Origin: a virus
Taxonomy: Duplodnaviria; Caudoviricetes
Reading direction: 5' to 3' (one strand)
DNA length: 61,521 bases
IMG/VR virus record: IMGVR_UViG_3300034096_000310
Coordinates: 1 to 61,521 of that record
In this document: in pieces, positions 42,554 through 51,487 of the stretch
Position numbering within the stretch: position 1 is the first letter of the stretch
How the letters are laid out: each line of letters begins with the position of its first letter
Program-made: the position numbers and the translations under genes
Notes under the pieces: model-generated
The model's database searches: none
The model's input: the letters and a program-made list of their open reading frames with translations, nothing else
What the model was told of the DNA's origin: nothing

Positions 42554-42719
42554 TTTTTATTTCTTTTGCTACTGACTTAATCTTTAGTTCTATCTCGTAA
42601 ATCTTTTTCTTGGTGACGTCTGCTCGATCGTAGTAGCGTTGCAGCTGCTGGATCAATTCTTCTCTCTTGTCTTCTAGTTGATCGTACTTTAGGTGGAGTT
42701 CTTTTCTTTTTTCGGTCAT
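42546..42719 (-). CDS. Small coiled-coil protein (57 aa)
   Basis: Read directly; overlaps both neighbours. Confidence 0.5.
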   Translation of the reverse strand: MTEKRKELHLKYDQLEDKREELIQQLQRYYDRADVTKKKIYEIELKIKSVAKEIKNV

Positions 42720-43121
42720 TGTCTTTTTTGTTTTTGTATCCAGAAATCAGTTGCGTCTTCTAAATATGTTATGAACTTTTGCTTGCTGCCAAAGAGTGTC
42801 GCCGGCCTGAGGTAGGGCTTCATCTTATCGTCCTTACCCCACGTCTCCTGCTTGTGCAAGATGATAGACTGGAACTGCTCGAAGCTGACCTTTGGGATTT
42901 GGCGGATGATAGACTGTATCTTCTCTGTGTTTTGATAGTTCTTGCCATACACCTCGTTGAAGTAGTCCATGACTCGCTGTGCTAGGTCCTCATCCTCGTG
43001 CTGCTCGATCTGTTCTTTTATTGATTCGAACTTCTCATCGTAGCTGACCAGCAGACTCAGTGCAGTAAGCGCATCCTTCTTGGTGCTAAACCTCTTCAGG
43101 AAATTCTGAGCGTCCGTATTC
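42716..43121 (-). CDS. Replication initiator-like protein (conserved phage C-terminal domain)
   Basis: W..D.KM..YLRPATLF...KF..YL motif; start MNTDAQ inferred. Confidence 0.7.
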
Positions 43122-43304
43122 ATACATGCATTCTTTAATAGTGTTAACTGACCATCCAGCGGCAACTAGTAGCGCGGCAAATACATCTATTGCATCTTGT
43201 AGGTTAGTCTCGTCAAGCCTACCAATGGATGTCTTCTGCCCATGTTTCCCGTACTCGTTGCCCCATGTCAGCCTCTTGCTGTAGTAGTCGATTGTAATTC
43301 TCAT
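43086..43304 (-). CDS. Hypothetical protein
   Basis: ORF within the replication operon. Confidence 0.5.
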   Translation of the reverse strand: MRITIDYYSKRLTWGNEYGKHGQKTSIGRLDETNLQDAIDVFAALLVAAGWSVNTIKECMYEYGRSEFPEEV

Positions 43305-43545
43305 AGTGCTTTAGTTTTATCTTATGAAAGAATAGTGATGGGTCTTTTCTGTTTCTCTCTGAGGTTACTTCGATGTTGAACAGTACCACGCTCCCGAGCT
43401 CTGGAGGGGTTACGTTACCCCATAGGGTTACATATAGCATCTTGTTGTCGCCGATATCAAACAGGATATTTCTGTAGGAGTAATCCTTATCACCATTACT
43501 GAACGACTTCTTTTCTGTCACCTCGAGAACCTTACCTTTAATCAT
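43219..43545 (-). CDS. OB-fold/SSB-like protein
   Basis: IKGKV...VTLWG...GSVV.F.I pattern. Confidence 0.5.
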   Translation of the reverse strand: MIKGKVLEVTEKKSFSNGDKDYSYRNILFDIGDNKMLYVTLWGNVTPPELGSVVLFNIEVTSERNRKDPSLFFHKIKLKHYENYNRLLQQEADMGQRVRETWAEDIHW

Positions 43546-43960
43546 ACTGGGTGAGCTTTAAATAAGAATTTTGTCGGTAAGTAAATTTGATTGCGTTGAG
43601 TGTGAGACACAGCTTCATGTAGAACTTCTTAACCGGATCGTCTATCATGTAGACAGTACCTTCTTTTACCCTGCGATTCGCCTCCCTAAGGTTAGCACGG
43701 AACTGCTGGATCTTGTTTCGGTGCGAGTCATAGGACATGTCTAGGTAGTCTTGCACAGAGGATTGATCGAAGCCGTGCATGTCTGCGATGCCGACGAAGA
43801 TCATACGCCCTAGGTCCTTGGCGCCTTCATAAGTCTCAGATGTCTGTAGGATTTTTGCAGAAGACCGGTCCCAAATAAATTGTGGTTTCATACAGCCTTC
43901 TAATTGATTTAGTCTTACCATTATTGATTGTTTAGTTTTACTAGAAAATTTTTTCTCCAA
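43538..43960 (-). CDS. Hypothetical protein, possible HTH
   Basis: ORF within the operon. Confidence 0.5.
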   Translation of the reverse strand: MEKKFSSKTKQSIMVRLNQLEGCMKPQFIWDRSSAKILQTSETYEGAKDLGRMIFVGIADMHGFDQSSVQDYLDMSYDSHRNKIQQFRANLREANRRVKEGTVYMIDDPVKKFYMKLCLTLNAIKFTYRQNSYLKLTQYD

Positions 43961-44922
43961 GTGATTTTGCCATCGGGCAGCTCCATTACCTGAGCACCGC
44001 CGTGCTGCTCCATATACTGCTTGAGCTTGTTGCCGTAGAGAAGCTTTTCACTCTCCGCCAGCTTGATTGTATTATTGTATAATACATACTGGGCGGCCCA
44101 TTCGGATTGTTCGCTACCGCCGTGGATAGTGATATCGTTCTCCCGGTCTTTATGCTTGACAGAGATGAAGGCGTTGAAGTCTTCTGAGTTATCAGCGTCT
44201 GGTTCGAACTGTGCGGCAATACCGTAGATCTCTTCTTTTTCTGAGGCGCCTGCTTCCATGATGGCCTCCCGAGCCGACAGCACACGCATCTGATGCTCTG
44301 TTGCTTTTTGTAGTATCGCCTGTTGAATATCAGAGTCTGCTTCAAATGTTTTGACTAGCATGTCCTGCCCATCTATCTGCATACAGATCTCTGCGTACTT
44401 GTGGCCAGTGACCAGCATGTAGTGATTCATCTGAGCGATATAGTTCGGGGGAACGCCATCGATATAAGAGTCGACGGTCATCTTGCCTACGTTCTTAATC
44501 TCTAGGATTCCTTTCTTCTTACCGAACACAGGGTGGTGCGTGATCTCACCATCTAAGTTGGCGAACAGCATAGCGTAGTCTGGGTTCTCGATGATGGCTT
44601 TAACCTTTCTGAACTTGCGCACCTTTGTTTTAGTGGCAATGTTTTTGATAAAGTTTTGCTCGCCATCCCAATACTGCCACATGTTTGCAATGGTGTCTTC
44701 AAGCATCTTGCCGAACGCCATCTGCCTGTTCATCTTTGTAGGGAGTAGGTCAACACCGATAGACTGATAGAATAGATTAAGTGGTGACTTCCACTTGTTC
44801 CATCCAAGCAATGTGCCTGCATCTGAACCACCAACCATTCCCCGAGAAACAAACGACTGGCGTAATTTTTGCCAGTCGCTTTCTGATAGCTTATCGGTTT
44901 TGGTTTTAATTAGCTTTTGCAT
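43921..44922 (-). CDS. YqaJ/lambda-type recombination exonuclease
   Basis: GGSDA, G..LE, ANLDG, LEIK, Y.AQ..HY. Confidence 0.9.
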   Translation of the reverse strand: MQKLIKTKTDKLSESDWQKLRQSFVSRGMVGGSDAGTLLGWNKWKSPLNLFYQSIGVDLLPTKMNRQMAFGKMLEDTIANMWQYWDGEQNFIKNIATKTKVRKFRKVKAIIENPDYAMLFANLDGEITHHPVFGKKKGILEIKNVGKMTVDSYIDGVPPNYIAQMNHYMLVTGHKYAEICMQIDGQDMLVKTFEADSDIQQAILQKATEHQMRVLSAREAIMEAGASEKEEIYGIAAQFEPDADNSEDFNAFISVKHKDRENDITIHGGSEQSEWAAQYVLYNNTIKLAESEKLLYGNKLKQYMEQHGGAQVMELPDGKITWRKNFLVKLNNQ

Positions 44923-45598
44923 CTTTCAATAGTTTTGTTAGGGTAGTTTTTTGAGCTAGGTTGAGTTTGTACTTTGGAAGGGCTGCTTCTACTTCTGCTA
45001 TCTTGCCTTCACTGATAGCCTTCACCATCGCATCGAATTGCTTTGGCTGCAATGCTTGCGGCTCGGGGGATTCAGGGACCTCAGGACTGGGATTCGCCTT
45101 TACAGGCTCCTGAGGCGCCTTAGCTTGTGGCTTCCCCTTTGTGTTTATGTGTTTGGTTAAATCCCATATGCGCTCTCCTCTGTCGTCAACAGGATTGCCG
45201 TACTGATCGCATTTAACGGTGACCATCTCTAGGTCGTAGAGGAATCTCCCGATCCCCCACTGAACGGCGGCACGCTTGAAGGCATCAGAGGCTGCAGATT
45301 TACCGGCCTGCTCATACATCTGGTCCTTCTCATCGTTCTCTACACGAGCACCACAGTCCCAACGCCAATGCGTTTGTCCATTGTCGTCAGTGATACCGAT
45401 GCCGGCGAATATGAAACCATCGATCTCTTTAAAGTCTGATTGCCATTGGCAGTGTGTGTCTAGCACATCCATCACTTGTCGTGCATCGATGTAGGCTGAA
45501 CAGAATGCTTTGGTCTTGTCTTTGTTTCGGCTTTGAACCCGCCATTGGTAGGGTATTGGTTGCCGTAGTTTCTGGGATAGGGTGTGGATAAAACTCAT
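44906..45598 (-). CDS. Rad52/Sak-like single-strand annealing protein
   Basis: WRVQ, AYIDAR.VMD.LD, K.AASDAFKRAAVQWGIGRFLY. Confidence 0.88.
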   Translation of the reverse strand: MSFIHTLSQKLRQPIPYQWRVQSRNKDKTKAFCSAYIDARQVMDVLDTHCQWQSDFKEIDGFIFAGIGITDDNGQTHWRWDCGARVENDEKDQMYEQAGKSAASDAFKRAAVQWGIGRFLYDLEMVTVKCDQYGNPVDDRGERIWDLTKHINTKGKPQAKAPQEPVKANPSPEVPESPEPQALQPKQFDAMVKAISEGKIAEVEAALPKYKLNLAQKTTLTKLLKDAKAN

Positions 45599-45822
45599 TG
45601 TATAGTATTTAAATAGTCTTTAACAAATTCGTATTCAGCGGATAGAAAGTAGATAGCCTGCCAGTCGTAGTAGAACTTTGTCTTGCCGCCTATGGTCAGA
45701 GCCTTAATGAAATGACTAGTGACCAGCCGCTCGTGGTTTTGCATGAGCCAGTGTCTGTATGGCTTTAGCGGGTACTCGTTCCCGTCTATCACCATGACGT
45801 CTTTGGAAAAATCATACTTCAT
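45595..45822 (-). CDS. Hypothetical protein
   Basis: ATGA-coupled to the annealase gene. Confidence 0.55.
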   Translation of the reverse strand: MKYDFSKDVMVIDGNEYPLKPYRHWLMQNHERLVTSHFIKALTIGGKTKFYYDWQAIYFLSAEYEFVKDYLNTIQ

Positions 45823-45899
45823 ATCTGTCTAAGATAGAAACACTCTATTATAGATAATCAATAGTTTTCAACAAAGATTTGCACATTAGTTGTAATAAA

Positions 45900-46127
45900 T
45901 CAATAATTACTATTGTAATATGATAGATGATAATTGTGCCCGGCTAGTGCTTGTTCTAGATCAATCCGCCTGACGTCAAATACATTCAGATCAGGGTTGC
46001 GCTCCAGCCTCCGGAAAGATCGGGGGGAAAGAACCTTTAAGCAGAACGTCTCATAGCTTACCGATCCTAGCATCTCGTCGTCTTGGTATATGATGACCGG
46101 GTCTTGCAGCGCTACTCTTATCTTCAT
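45900..46127 (-). CDS. Hypothetical protein
   Basis: ORF, coupled to the upstream gene. Confidence 0.5.
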   Translation of the reverse strand: MKIRVALQDPVIIYQDDEMLGSVSYETFCLKVLSPRSFRRLERNPDLNVFDVRRIDLEQALAGHNYHLSYYNSNY

Positions 46128-46357
46128 AGTGCTTTGTTTATGATGGCGAATTCCTCGTACACGGGACCGGATAGTGTCGAACCTGCGACTCGTTTGTCTA
46201 GATCAAAGTCTACCCAGTCTCCGTCTTTAAAATTGTAGACTTCACTTTTGATAGGCACCCAAGCAGTGCGGCTGACAATCATGCCGCCGCCATAGGGTAC
46301 GTCCTTGGGGAAACGCACCCACCATTTGTTCTCTAGTCTGAATGTTTGTCCTTGCAT
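46124..46357 (-). CDS. Hypothetical protein
   Basis: ORF with A-rich leader. Confidence 0.5.
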   Translation of the reverse strand: MQGQTFRLENKWWVRFPKDVPYGGGMIVSRTAWVPIKSEVYNFKDGDWVDFDLDKRVAGSTLSGPVYEEFAIINKAL

Positions 46358-46369
46358 ATTATTGGATTT

Positions 46370-46395
46370 AAAAAAAGCCCCACCGAAGCAGGGCT
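46370..46395 (-). terminator. Rho-independent terminator after the integrase
   Basis: Minus strand AGCCCTGC-TTCG-GTGGGGCT followed by a T run. Confidence 0.8.
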
Positions 46396-46464
46396 ATTGT
46401 TTACAATATGGAGTCGATCAGTGCAGCTACCATCCAGCTAAAGATTAGTAGCAGTAGTGTGATG

Positions 46465-47778
46465 TCACGCTTTCGTAGTGTCTTCATTGTAGACTTTATT
46501 ATAGTATTGCTTAACCTCTGTCTTGTAGGTCTTGTCAACCCATCCTATGTATCTGTTGATGGCGTCTGACTTATGTCCGGTGATAAACCTTACGTGGTCT
46601 ATCGATACGCCGTTAGAGATTAGCATAGTGACCGCCGTCTTACGAAGCATGTGGGGGTGGACGATCTCGTAGTACTTCTGTGTGACCGCTACCTTGCGAC
46701 CGATGATATCAGCCCGCTTGTACGTAACCAGCTCGTGCATCTCAGGATACTGGGCGAAAAATGACTTGAACCCTTTCCTTATGCACTGCATGGGGTGGTA
46801 TGGTAGCGGCGTGTAGATGTTGCCGTGGTGGTTGATGTTGTAGGCGTAACGCTCAGACAGTACACGAGGCAAGGGTGTGGTCGTCTCCGTGCCGGTCTTG
46901 AGATTCTCCTTTGTTAAGAACGCCTCCCCATCCACAAAAACAATATCATCCTTTGAAAGAGTCAGCGCATCCGATATCCTCAGAGACGTCACCAGCATCG
47001 TTGCAGAGATCTCCCACAGAAACCTCATCTCCTGATCCATCTTGTCGTACTTCTTATGGCTGTCCATAACAAGCGCCTTGGCAAACTCTGTTGGCAGGGT
47101 GATGATGGGTGTCTCGTAACCCGCTACCCTGTTGGGTTTGGGCAGGGTGAGGAACATATCCCGCTCCCAGTAGGCGAGTATAACCATGATGATCGTCATC
47201 ACATCGGCCCGGGTGTTAATCTTAAAGTCATTGTCTATCATGTAAGCAACGAACTTGTCGAAGTGCTTGGACATGTTGTCTGCGATCTCTCTTTTTTGTC
47301 CCAGCTCTTTGCCGGATAGATCGTAGTCCCTGAGGTCGATGTCTTTGTTCTTTGCCACGAACCGCCAGTAGGTGGTGGTAGCAAACTGATAGGTCCTAAT
47401 CGAGGAGATGCGGAACTTGTTCTTCGCTTTGGTAGTGATGTCACCATCCGTAATGCCATCGATATACCTGTCACATAGCTGGGCGAACTTGAACGTAGGT
47501 TCGTCATCCGGTACTTGGAACATCGGTTGGGAATAATATTTCTTTACGATCTCTAGCGATCCGTGCTTGGCGAACAGGTCGCTGATGATTGCCCGCTGGC
47601 GGTCCAGATCCGCGTTCATCTCTGGTACGTCAGGGGTGTCTCCCTTGAATCGTTCCCGGGTCGGGAGGAACTTAACGTGCTTCGGTACACGGATGCCGGT
47701 AGTAATACGGATCATCTCGCTCTTGTGGCAAACCCTCGAATAGATGGTGTTATCCCGCTGATAAAAAGTAATCTTCAT
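46465..47778 (-). CDS. int: Tyrosine integrase/recombinase
   Basis: Catalytic residues in LRISD, KT, HMLRKT, GHK, RYI; N-terminal arm-binding-like region (RITTGIRV). Confidence 0.9.
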   Translation of the reverse strand: MKITFYQRDNTIYSRVCHKSEMIRITTGIRVPKHVKFLPTRERFKGDTPDVPEMNADLDRQRAIISDLFAKHGSLEIVKKYYSQPMFQVPDDEPTFKFAQLCDRYIDGITDGDITTKAKNKFRISSIRTYQFATTTYWRFVAKNKDIDLRDYDLSGKELGQKREIADNMSKHFDKFVAYMIDNDFKINTRADVMTIIMVILAYWERDMFLTLPKPNRVAGYETPIITLPTEFAKALVMDSHKKYDKMDQEMRFLWEISATMLVTSLRISDALTLSKDDIVFVDGEAFLTKENLKTGTETTTPLPRVLSERYAYNINHHGNIYTPLPYHPMQCIRKGFKSFFAQYPEMHELVTYKRADIIGRKVAVTQKYYEIVHPHMLRKTAVTMLISNGVSIDHVRFITGHKSDAINRYIGWVDKTYKTEVKQYYNKVYNEDTTKA

Positions 47779-48085
47779 TGTAATAGTTTTTGTAAAAGTA
47801 TTTCCACTAGTCTGTTTTCTCTTGCACTTCCCAACACGCGTGGAATAGTTGAGGTGCAGAAACTATCTAAAATAGTTGGCTGGACTGGTGGTTCGGGGGA
47901 GGAAGAGCCACTAAAAACTTGCACAATTTGAGCCAAAAAAGTTGCACACTGCCGTGTAACTCATTGATTTTGTGTGTGTAGATAACTAACAATACCATAA
48001 CAGAGATCGGAATTTATTGTATGAATATACACAATACCAATCAAATAGCTAGTACCTAACAATTTTTTCAACATTTTTCAGCACG

Positions 48086-48295
48086 TTATTTCTGCACACC
48101 GTATGTTTCGTTGTAGTATTGATTACCGTATTCAATATCAATATGTTGATATCCATCTTTTCTCCCATCAATCCAAGCTTTACTTATCTGCTCCTTCTCC
48201 ATTTGTTTGGCTTTTTCTTTCCATTCACTAGGTGCTGCATATCCTGCAAAAAGAAATCTTTCATACAACCATTCTACTGCTGTTTGTTGTGCCAT
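48086..48295 (-). CDS. Small MAQQTAVEWL-family protein, copy 2
   Basis: Paralog of 48482-48724; AT-rich. Confidence 0.65.
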   Translation of the reverse strand: MAQQTAVEWLYERFLFAGYAAPSEWKEKAKQMEKEQISKAWIDGRKDGYQHIDIEYGNQYYNETYGVQK

Positions 48296-48481
48296 AATTT
48301 TTAATTTATATCCGTTATCAATAGGTCCTAAAGCAAATGGGTATGGTGTTCCATCTTTCATAGTTTATTTGTTCGGGAAAGTGGTATAGGTTAAATAATG
48401 GTTGGACTTATTATTAGGCTTTAACCACGTACAATCATTAATGATTGGTAGCCGTTCCATTATTTAATAATTTATTTTGTT

Positions 48482-48724
48482 TTAGTTGTTGGGGGAAGTA
48501 GTGTCATTACTTCCCTGACTTCCGTATGTTTCGTTGTAGTATTGTTCTGGAGTTTTATATCCTTTTATAGATAAATAATTCTTAAGACATTCATTTGCAA
48601 ATTTTATCATTTGTTCTTTCTCCATTGCTTTGGCTTGTTCTATCACCCTCTTCCATTGATTATGTGTTTTGGAATTATCTGCAATTTCATTTAACAACCA
48701 TTCTACTGCTGTTTGTTGTGCCAT
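48482..48724 (-). CDS. Small MAQQTAVEWL-family protein, copy 1
   Basis: Shares MAQQTAVEWL, AK.MEKEQ and QYYNETYG with copy 2. Confidence 0.65.
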   Translation of the reverse strand: MAQQTAVEWLLNEIADNSKTHNQWKRVIEQAKAMEKEQMIKFANECLKNYLSIKGYKTPEQYYNETYGSQGSNDTTSPNN

Positions 48725-48725
48725 A

Positions 48726-49370
48726 TTATTTGTTTAGTATTTCTTCTATATCGTAGTAGTAACAATCTCCGTTAGCGCTCACCCACCTGTCACTCTCCGA
48801 CTCCACGCACTCAAGCGATGTGTCTACCTTGAACTCTTTGGGATCAACTGGGAACTTGTTCGTTATGAAGTTAGAGTCCTTCCAATATATCCGATTGTTG
48901 GGTTGGCAAAGTAGGTACCCATCATCCGCCAGTAGAACGTGACCGCACTTATAATCCGTCGGCTCGTCTGAGTACGAATTGTTAAACCAATCCACGGTGA
49001 ATAGATAGGTGGCCCAAACAGAAGTCTTGTCCTTGAGGATAACCTTGCACCTCTTCTCCGCTAGATACATGTACTCAATGGCGCTTACGTTCTCACTAAA
49101 GCAATCCCATAGTTGCTTGAAGTCACTGGGGATGTCGGCGGTCGGTTCGTGGTAGAATAGTTCCGAGATAGGGACCCTACTTCTGAGCATCCCGTAGTCC
49201 GTCATAATGTGGAACGTCAGGATCTTACCACTGATGCTTTGAATAGCGAAGGCATAGCAGTTGTCATACACTTCTTTATCTGCCTCGTTCTTTGTCAGCC
49301 AGCTCCGCCTAACCTTTAGCTTTAGGTTAGGGATGTTTACGTTCAGTACGTTTGACTCGTGTGTTATCAT
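48726..49370 (-). CDS. Hypothetical phage protein (214 aa)
   Basis: Long ORF with QLWDCFS and QPNNRI motifs; function not recognised. Confidence 0.6.
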   Translation of the reverse strand: MITHESNVLNVNIPNLKLKVRRSWLTKNEADKEVYDNCYAFAIQSISGKILTFHIMTDYGMLRSRVPISELFYHEPTADIPSDFKQLWDCFSENVSAIEYMYLAEKRCKVILKDKTSVWATYLFTVDWFNNSYSDEPTDYKCGHVLLADDGYLLCQPNNRIYWKDSNFITNKFPVDPKEFKVDTSLECVESESDRWVSANGDCYYYDIEEILNK

Positions 49371-49384
49371 GTGTTAATATTTTG

Positions 49385-49452
49385 CACTCAGGGCGGGTCC
49401 TGCCCCCGCATCTCTCACCTTGGTGAGCGCTTTACTTTAAGCTACCTGAGTG
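49385..49452 (-). ncRNA. tRNA-like cloverleaf without a usable anticodon loop
   Basis: CACTCAGG/CCTGAGTG acceptor, TA, GCTT/AAGC D arm, CTCAC-CAAG-GTGAG, AGAT, GCGGG-N7-CCCGC. Confidence 0.7.
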
Positions 49453-49514
49453 ATCCCGGGTGTTTCGAACTAAGACCAAAACCCCTTTTAATAATAGCTC
49501 TACCCGGGAATGTT

Positions 49515-49847
49515 TTACTGGCCAATTATTTTTATGACCGAGATAATCTCATCCATCTCCTGAGGTTTGATCCTATCTAGCTTTGAGACGATCATGTCGT
49601 AGGTGCGCTCGTACTCTTCGTCTGACTTGTACCTTCCGCGGTGTAGCTTGCGGTAGTATACGATCGTGGAGTGGTCCTTGTTCATCGCCTTCCCTACCTG
49701 AACTGTGTTCAGACCGAACCTAGTGAGCAGGATGTGGGCATAGGCATAGCGAAGGTTTACTATATCAGAGTCCCGATGCTTGGTCTTTCTGAGGTCGATC
49801 TTGAATAGTTCGACACCGATGTCGCAGAGTTCATTATAGATTTGCAT
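49515..49847 (-). CDS. DnaA C-terminal-like HTH DNA-binding protein
   Basis: R..IV..R...VGK.MNKDHSTIVY. Confidence 0.75.
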   Translation of the reverse strand: MQIYNELCDIGVELFKIDLRKTKHRDSDIVNLRYAYAHILLTRFGLNTVQVGKAMNKDHSTIVYYRKLHRGRYKSDEEYERTYDMIVSKLDRIKPQEMDEIISVIKIIGQ

Positions 49848-49996
49848 TCGTATTTGTTTATAAGTTCAAGAACGGCTTCACAGAGCTCTTCGTTTAATAG
49901 CTTGAGTCTTTTCACTCTTAAGTTGTTGTCTTCGATCTTGCTCAATTCTTCGTTTATGTGCAAGAAGACACGCGTTGCTGCCTGTTTTTTTGTCAT
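49760..49996 (-). CDS. Hypothetical protein
   Basis: Helical ORF within the operon. Confidence 0.45.
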   Translation of the reverse strand: MTKKQAATRVFLHINEELSKIEDNNLRVKRLKLLNEELCEAVLELINKYECKSIMNSATSVSNYSRSTSERPSIGTLI

Positions 49997-50025
49997 AGGG
50001 TGTGATTAAAAGTTTGTAGATGTGC

Positions 50026-50310
50026 TTAAACCAGTCGTTCATCTCGAGTGGCTCCGGCGGATAGGTTGTTTTCATAAATGATTTCTATTCCTTTAGGTGT
50101 AGGGTTAAATGAAATAGTTTTGTTACCATAGATCGCTAGCTTCGCCCACCATTGCAGGATATAGCCTAGCTGACCGACGTCGGATTCATCGATGGTGTGT
50201 ACCACCTGACCCTTGGGTTGGTAGTTCCCGATAAAGAACGGATACAACGTGAAGGGTGCTCTTCGTCTGATCATCTCGAGTACTTGATCAAATAGGCTTA
50301 TCTGAAGCAT
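50026..50310 (-). CDS. Hypothetical protein
   Basis: ORF within the operon. Confidence 0.5.
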   Translation of the reverse strand: MLQISLFDQVLEMIRRRAPFTLYPFFIGNYQPKGQVVHTIDESDVGQLGYILQWWAKLAIYGNKTISFNPTPKGIEIIYENNLSAGATRDERLV

Positions 50311-50510
50311 AGTATGCGGTTTAACTTATTGTTTGTCGATCTTGATTTTCGTCTTACGTGGCCAGTGATGGTGCTGACAGAGACCCCAGTAAAGCGAGAA
50401 GCATCCGCCCGAGATTCGAATACCCCGAGCAGTTGCTTCTTCTCTACGTCGTATACCTTGGTCCTGATTCTACTACCATCGGTGTTCAGCCCAATCTTTT
50501 CTATCCTCAT
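50298..50510 (-). CDS. NUMOD1-type HTH DNA-binding protein
   Basis: VYD....LLGVFES..DASRF.GVS.STI. Confidence 0.65.
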   Translation of the reverse strand: MRIEKIGLNTDGSRIRTKVYDVEKKQLLGVFESRADASRFTGVSVSTITGHVRRKSRSTNNKLNRILCFR

Positions 50511-50707
50511 GAGACTATTTTTGTGATGATGATTCCATTCTTAGTGCGCTCTACATTGTAGCCATTCCTGACCATGTCGGCCAGTTGCTCATCGAGAGGC
50601 ATGATAGGGCCATCGGTTCGGGAGAATCCAACTGAGTCGTGGAGTGGGCCAGTCATAGTTTTTCTAACTTTGATACTGGACTTCTTGCTGAAGGCATTTT
50701 CATTCAT
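50507..50707 (-). CDS. Hypothetical protein
   Basis: ATGA-coupled ORF. Confidence 0.5.
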   Translation of the reverse strand: MNENAFSKKSSIKVRKTMTGPLHDSVGFSRTDGPIMPLDEQLADMVRNGYNVERTKNGIIITKIVS

Positions 50708-50710
50708 AGG

Positions 50711-50902
50711 TTATTGTTTGTGTCTGTTAATAATTTCGCTCCTTAAAATATCCAAGTACCCGAGCAGTGATGGTAGTTGGTGTTTCTTGATCTCGTCGGT
50801 GAGGGCTTTGTCAGTCTCAAGTCCCTCTTCGTAGCGGCGGTGGTCGTCGCTCATTCGGTAGTAAAAGTCATGTTCCATGATTCGCTTTAGCAGTTCTCTC
50901 AT
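50711..50902 (-). CDS. Hypothetical protein (HDFYY.MSDD.R motif)
   Basis: Small phage-type ORF. Confidence 0.55.
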   Translation of the reverse strand: MRELLKRIMEHDFYYRMSDDHRRYEEGLETDKALTDEIKKHQLPSLLGYLDILRSEIINRHKQ

Positions 50903-51164
50903 ACATTAGTGTTTTAAAGCCTTTATAAATTCCCCTTTTATAGGCATCGGTCTCGTGGTTGAATGCGCCGGCCAGTATAAGGGAGGTTACGGATACGTAC
51001 CTTGTCTCGATGTAGTTCAGAAGGGTGGAGAAGGTCTTACCTTCCTTTAGCTTCTGCTTCAGTTCGTCGGGCGACTTGACTGGGATGTCATCGAAAGAGC
51101 CATCCCGCCTTGCTCTGATGTGGGCATCGGCAATGCTCTTTACTTGAGGGGTGATTCGTTTCAT
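50868..51164 (-). CDS. Hypothetical protein
   Basis: First ORF after the 51.2-51.6 kb leader. Confidence 0.55.
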   Translation of the reverse strand: MKRITPQVKSIADAHIRARRDGSFDDIPVKSPDELKQKLKEGKTFSTLLNYIETRYVSVTSLILAGAFNHETDAYKRGIYKGFKTLMYERTAKANHGT

Positions 51165-51184
51165 AATATTTAATGTTTGGTGAA

Positions 51185-51450
51185 TACAAGGTCTATATCC
51201 CTGAGACTGGGATAGTCCGCTACTTTGTTATCAGTTCGTAGCATCAGTGCTCTAATACGCATCCCCATATCCAAGGGATGGCGGTCTTCTTACGAAGTCT
51301 CAGGTCTCGGGTTGTCACCTTGAAGACATTGCCCGAACTTTTGAACCGCCACTATCATCTCCCGACTGGCGACTAACCCAATCGGTTAAGCGTAAAGAAC
51401 AATTAACTTTCATTTGATAAGCCACTGAACTTACCTCGGACGAAACCTGT
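51185..51450 (-). ncRNA. Putative structured RNA/leader
   Basis: Non-coding; several hairpins and two long-range 9-bp complementarities. Confidence 0.5.
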
Positions 51451-51458
51451 TAAGACCG

Positions 51459-51487
51459 AAAAGCCCCCGATCCGAAGACCGAGGGCT
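51459..51487 (-). terminator. Intrinsic terminator within the leader
   Basis: AGCCCTCGGTC-TTCG-GATCGGGGGCT-TTT. Confidence 0.7.

Noticed and set aside
51301-51449. Plus-strand CAGGTC...CGAAACCTG as a second hammerhead
   Set aside because: No CUGANGA follows stem I (CTTTTGA instead) and there is no stem II partner.
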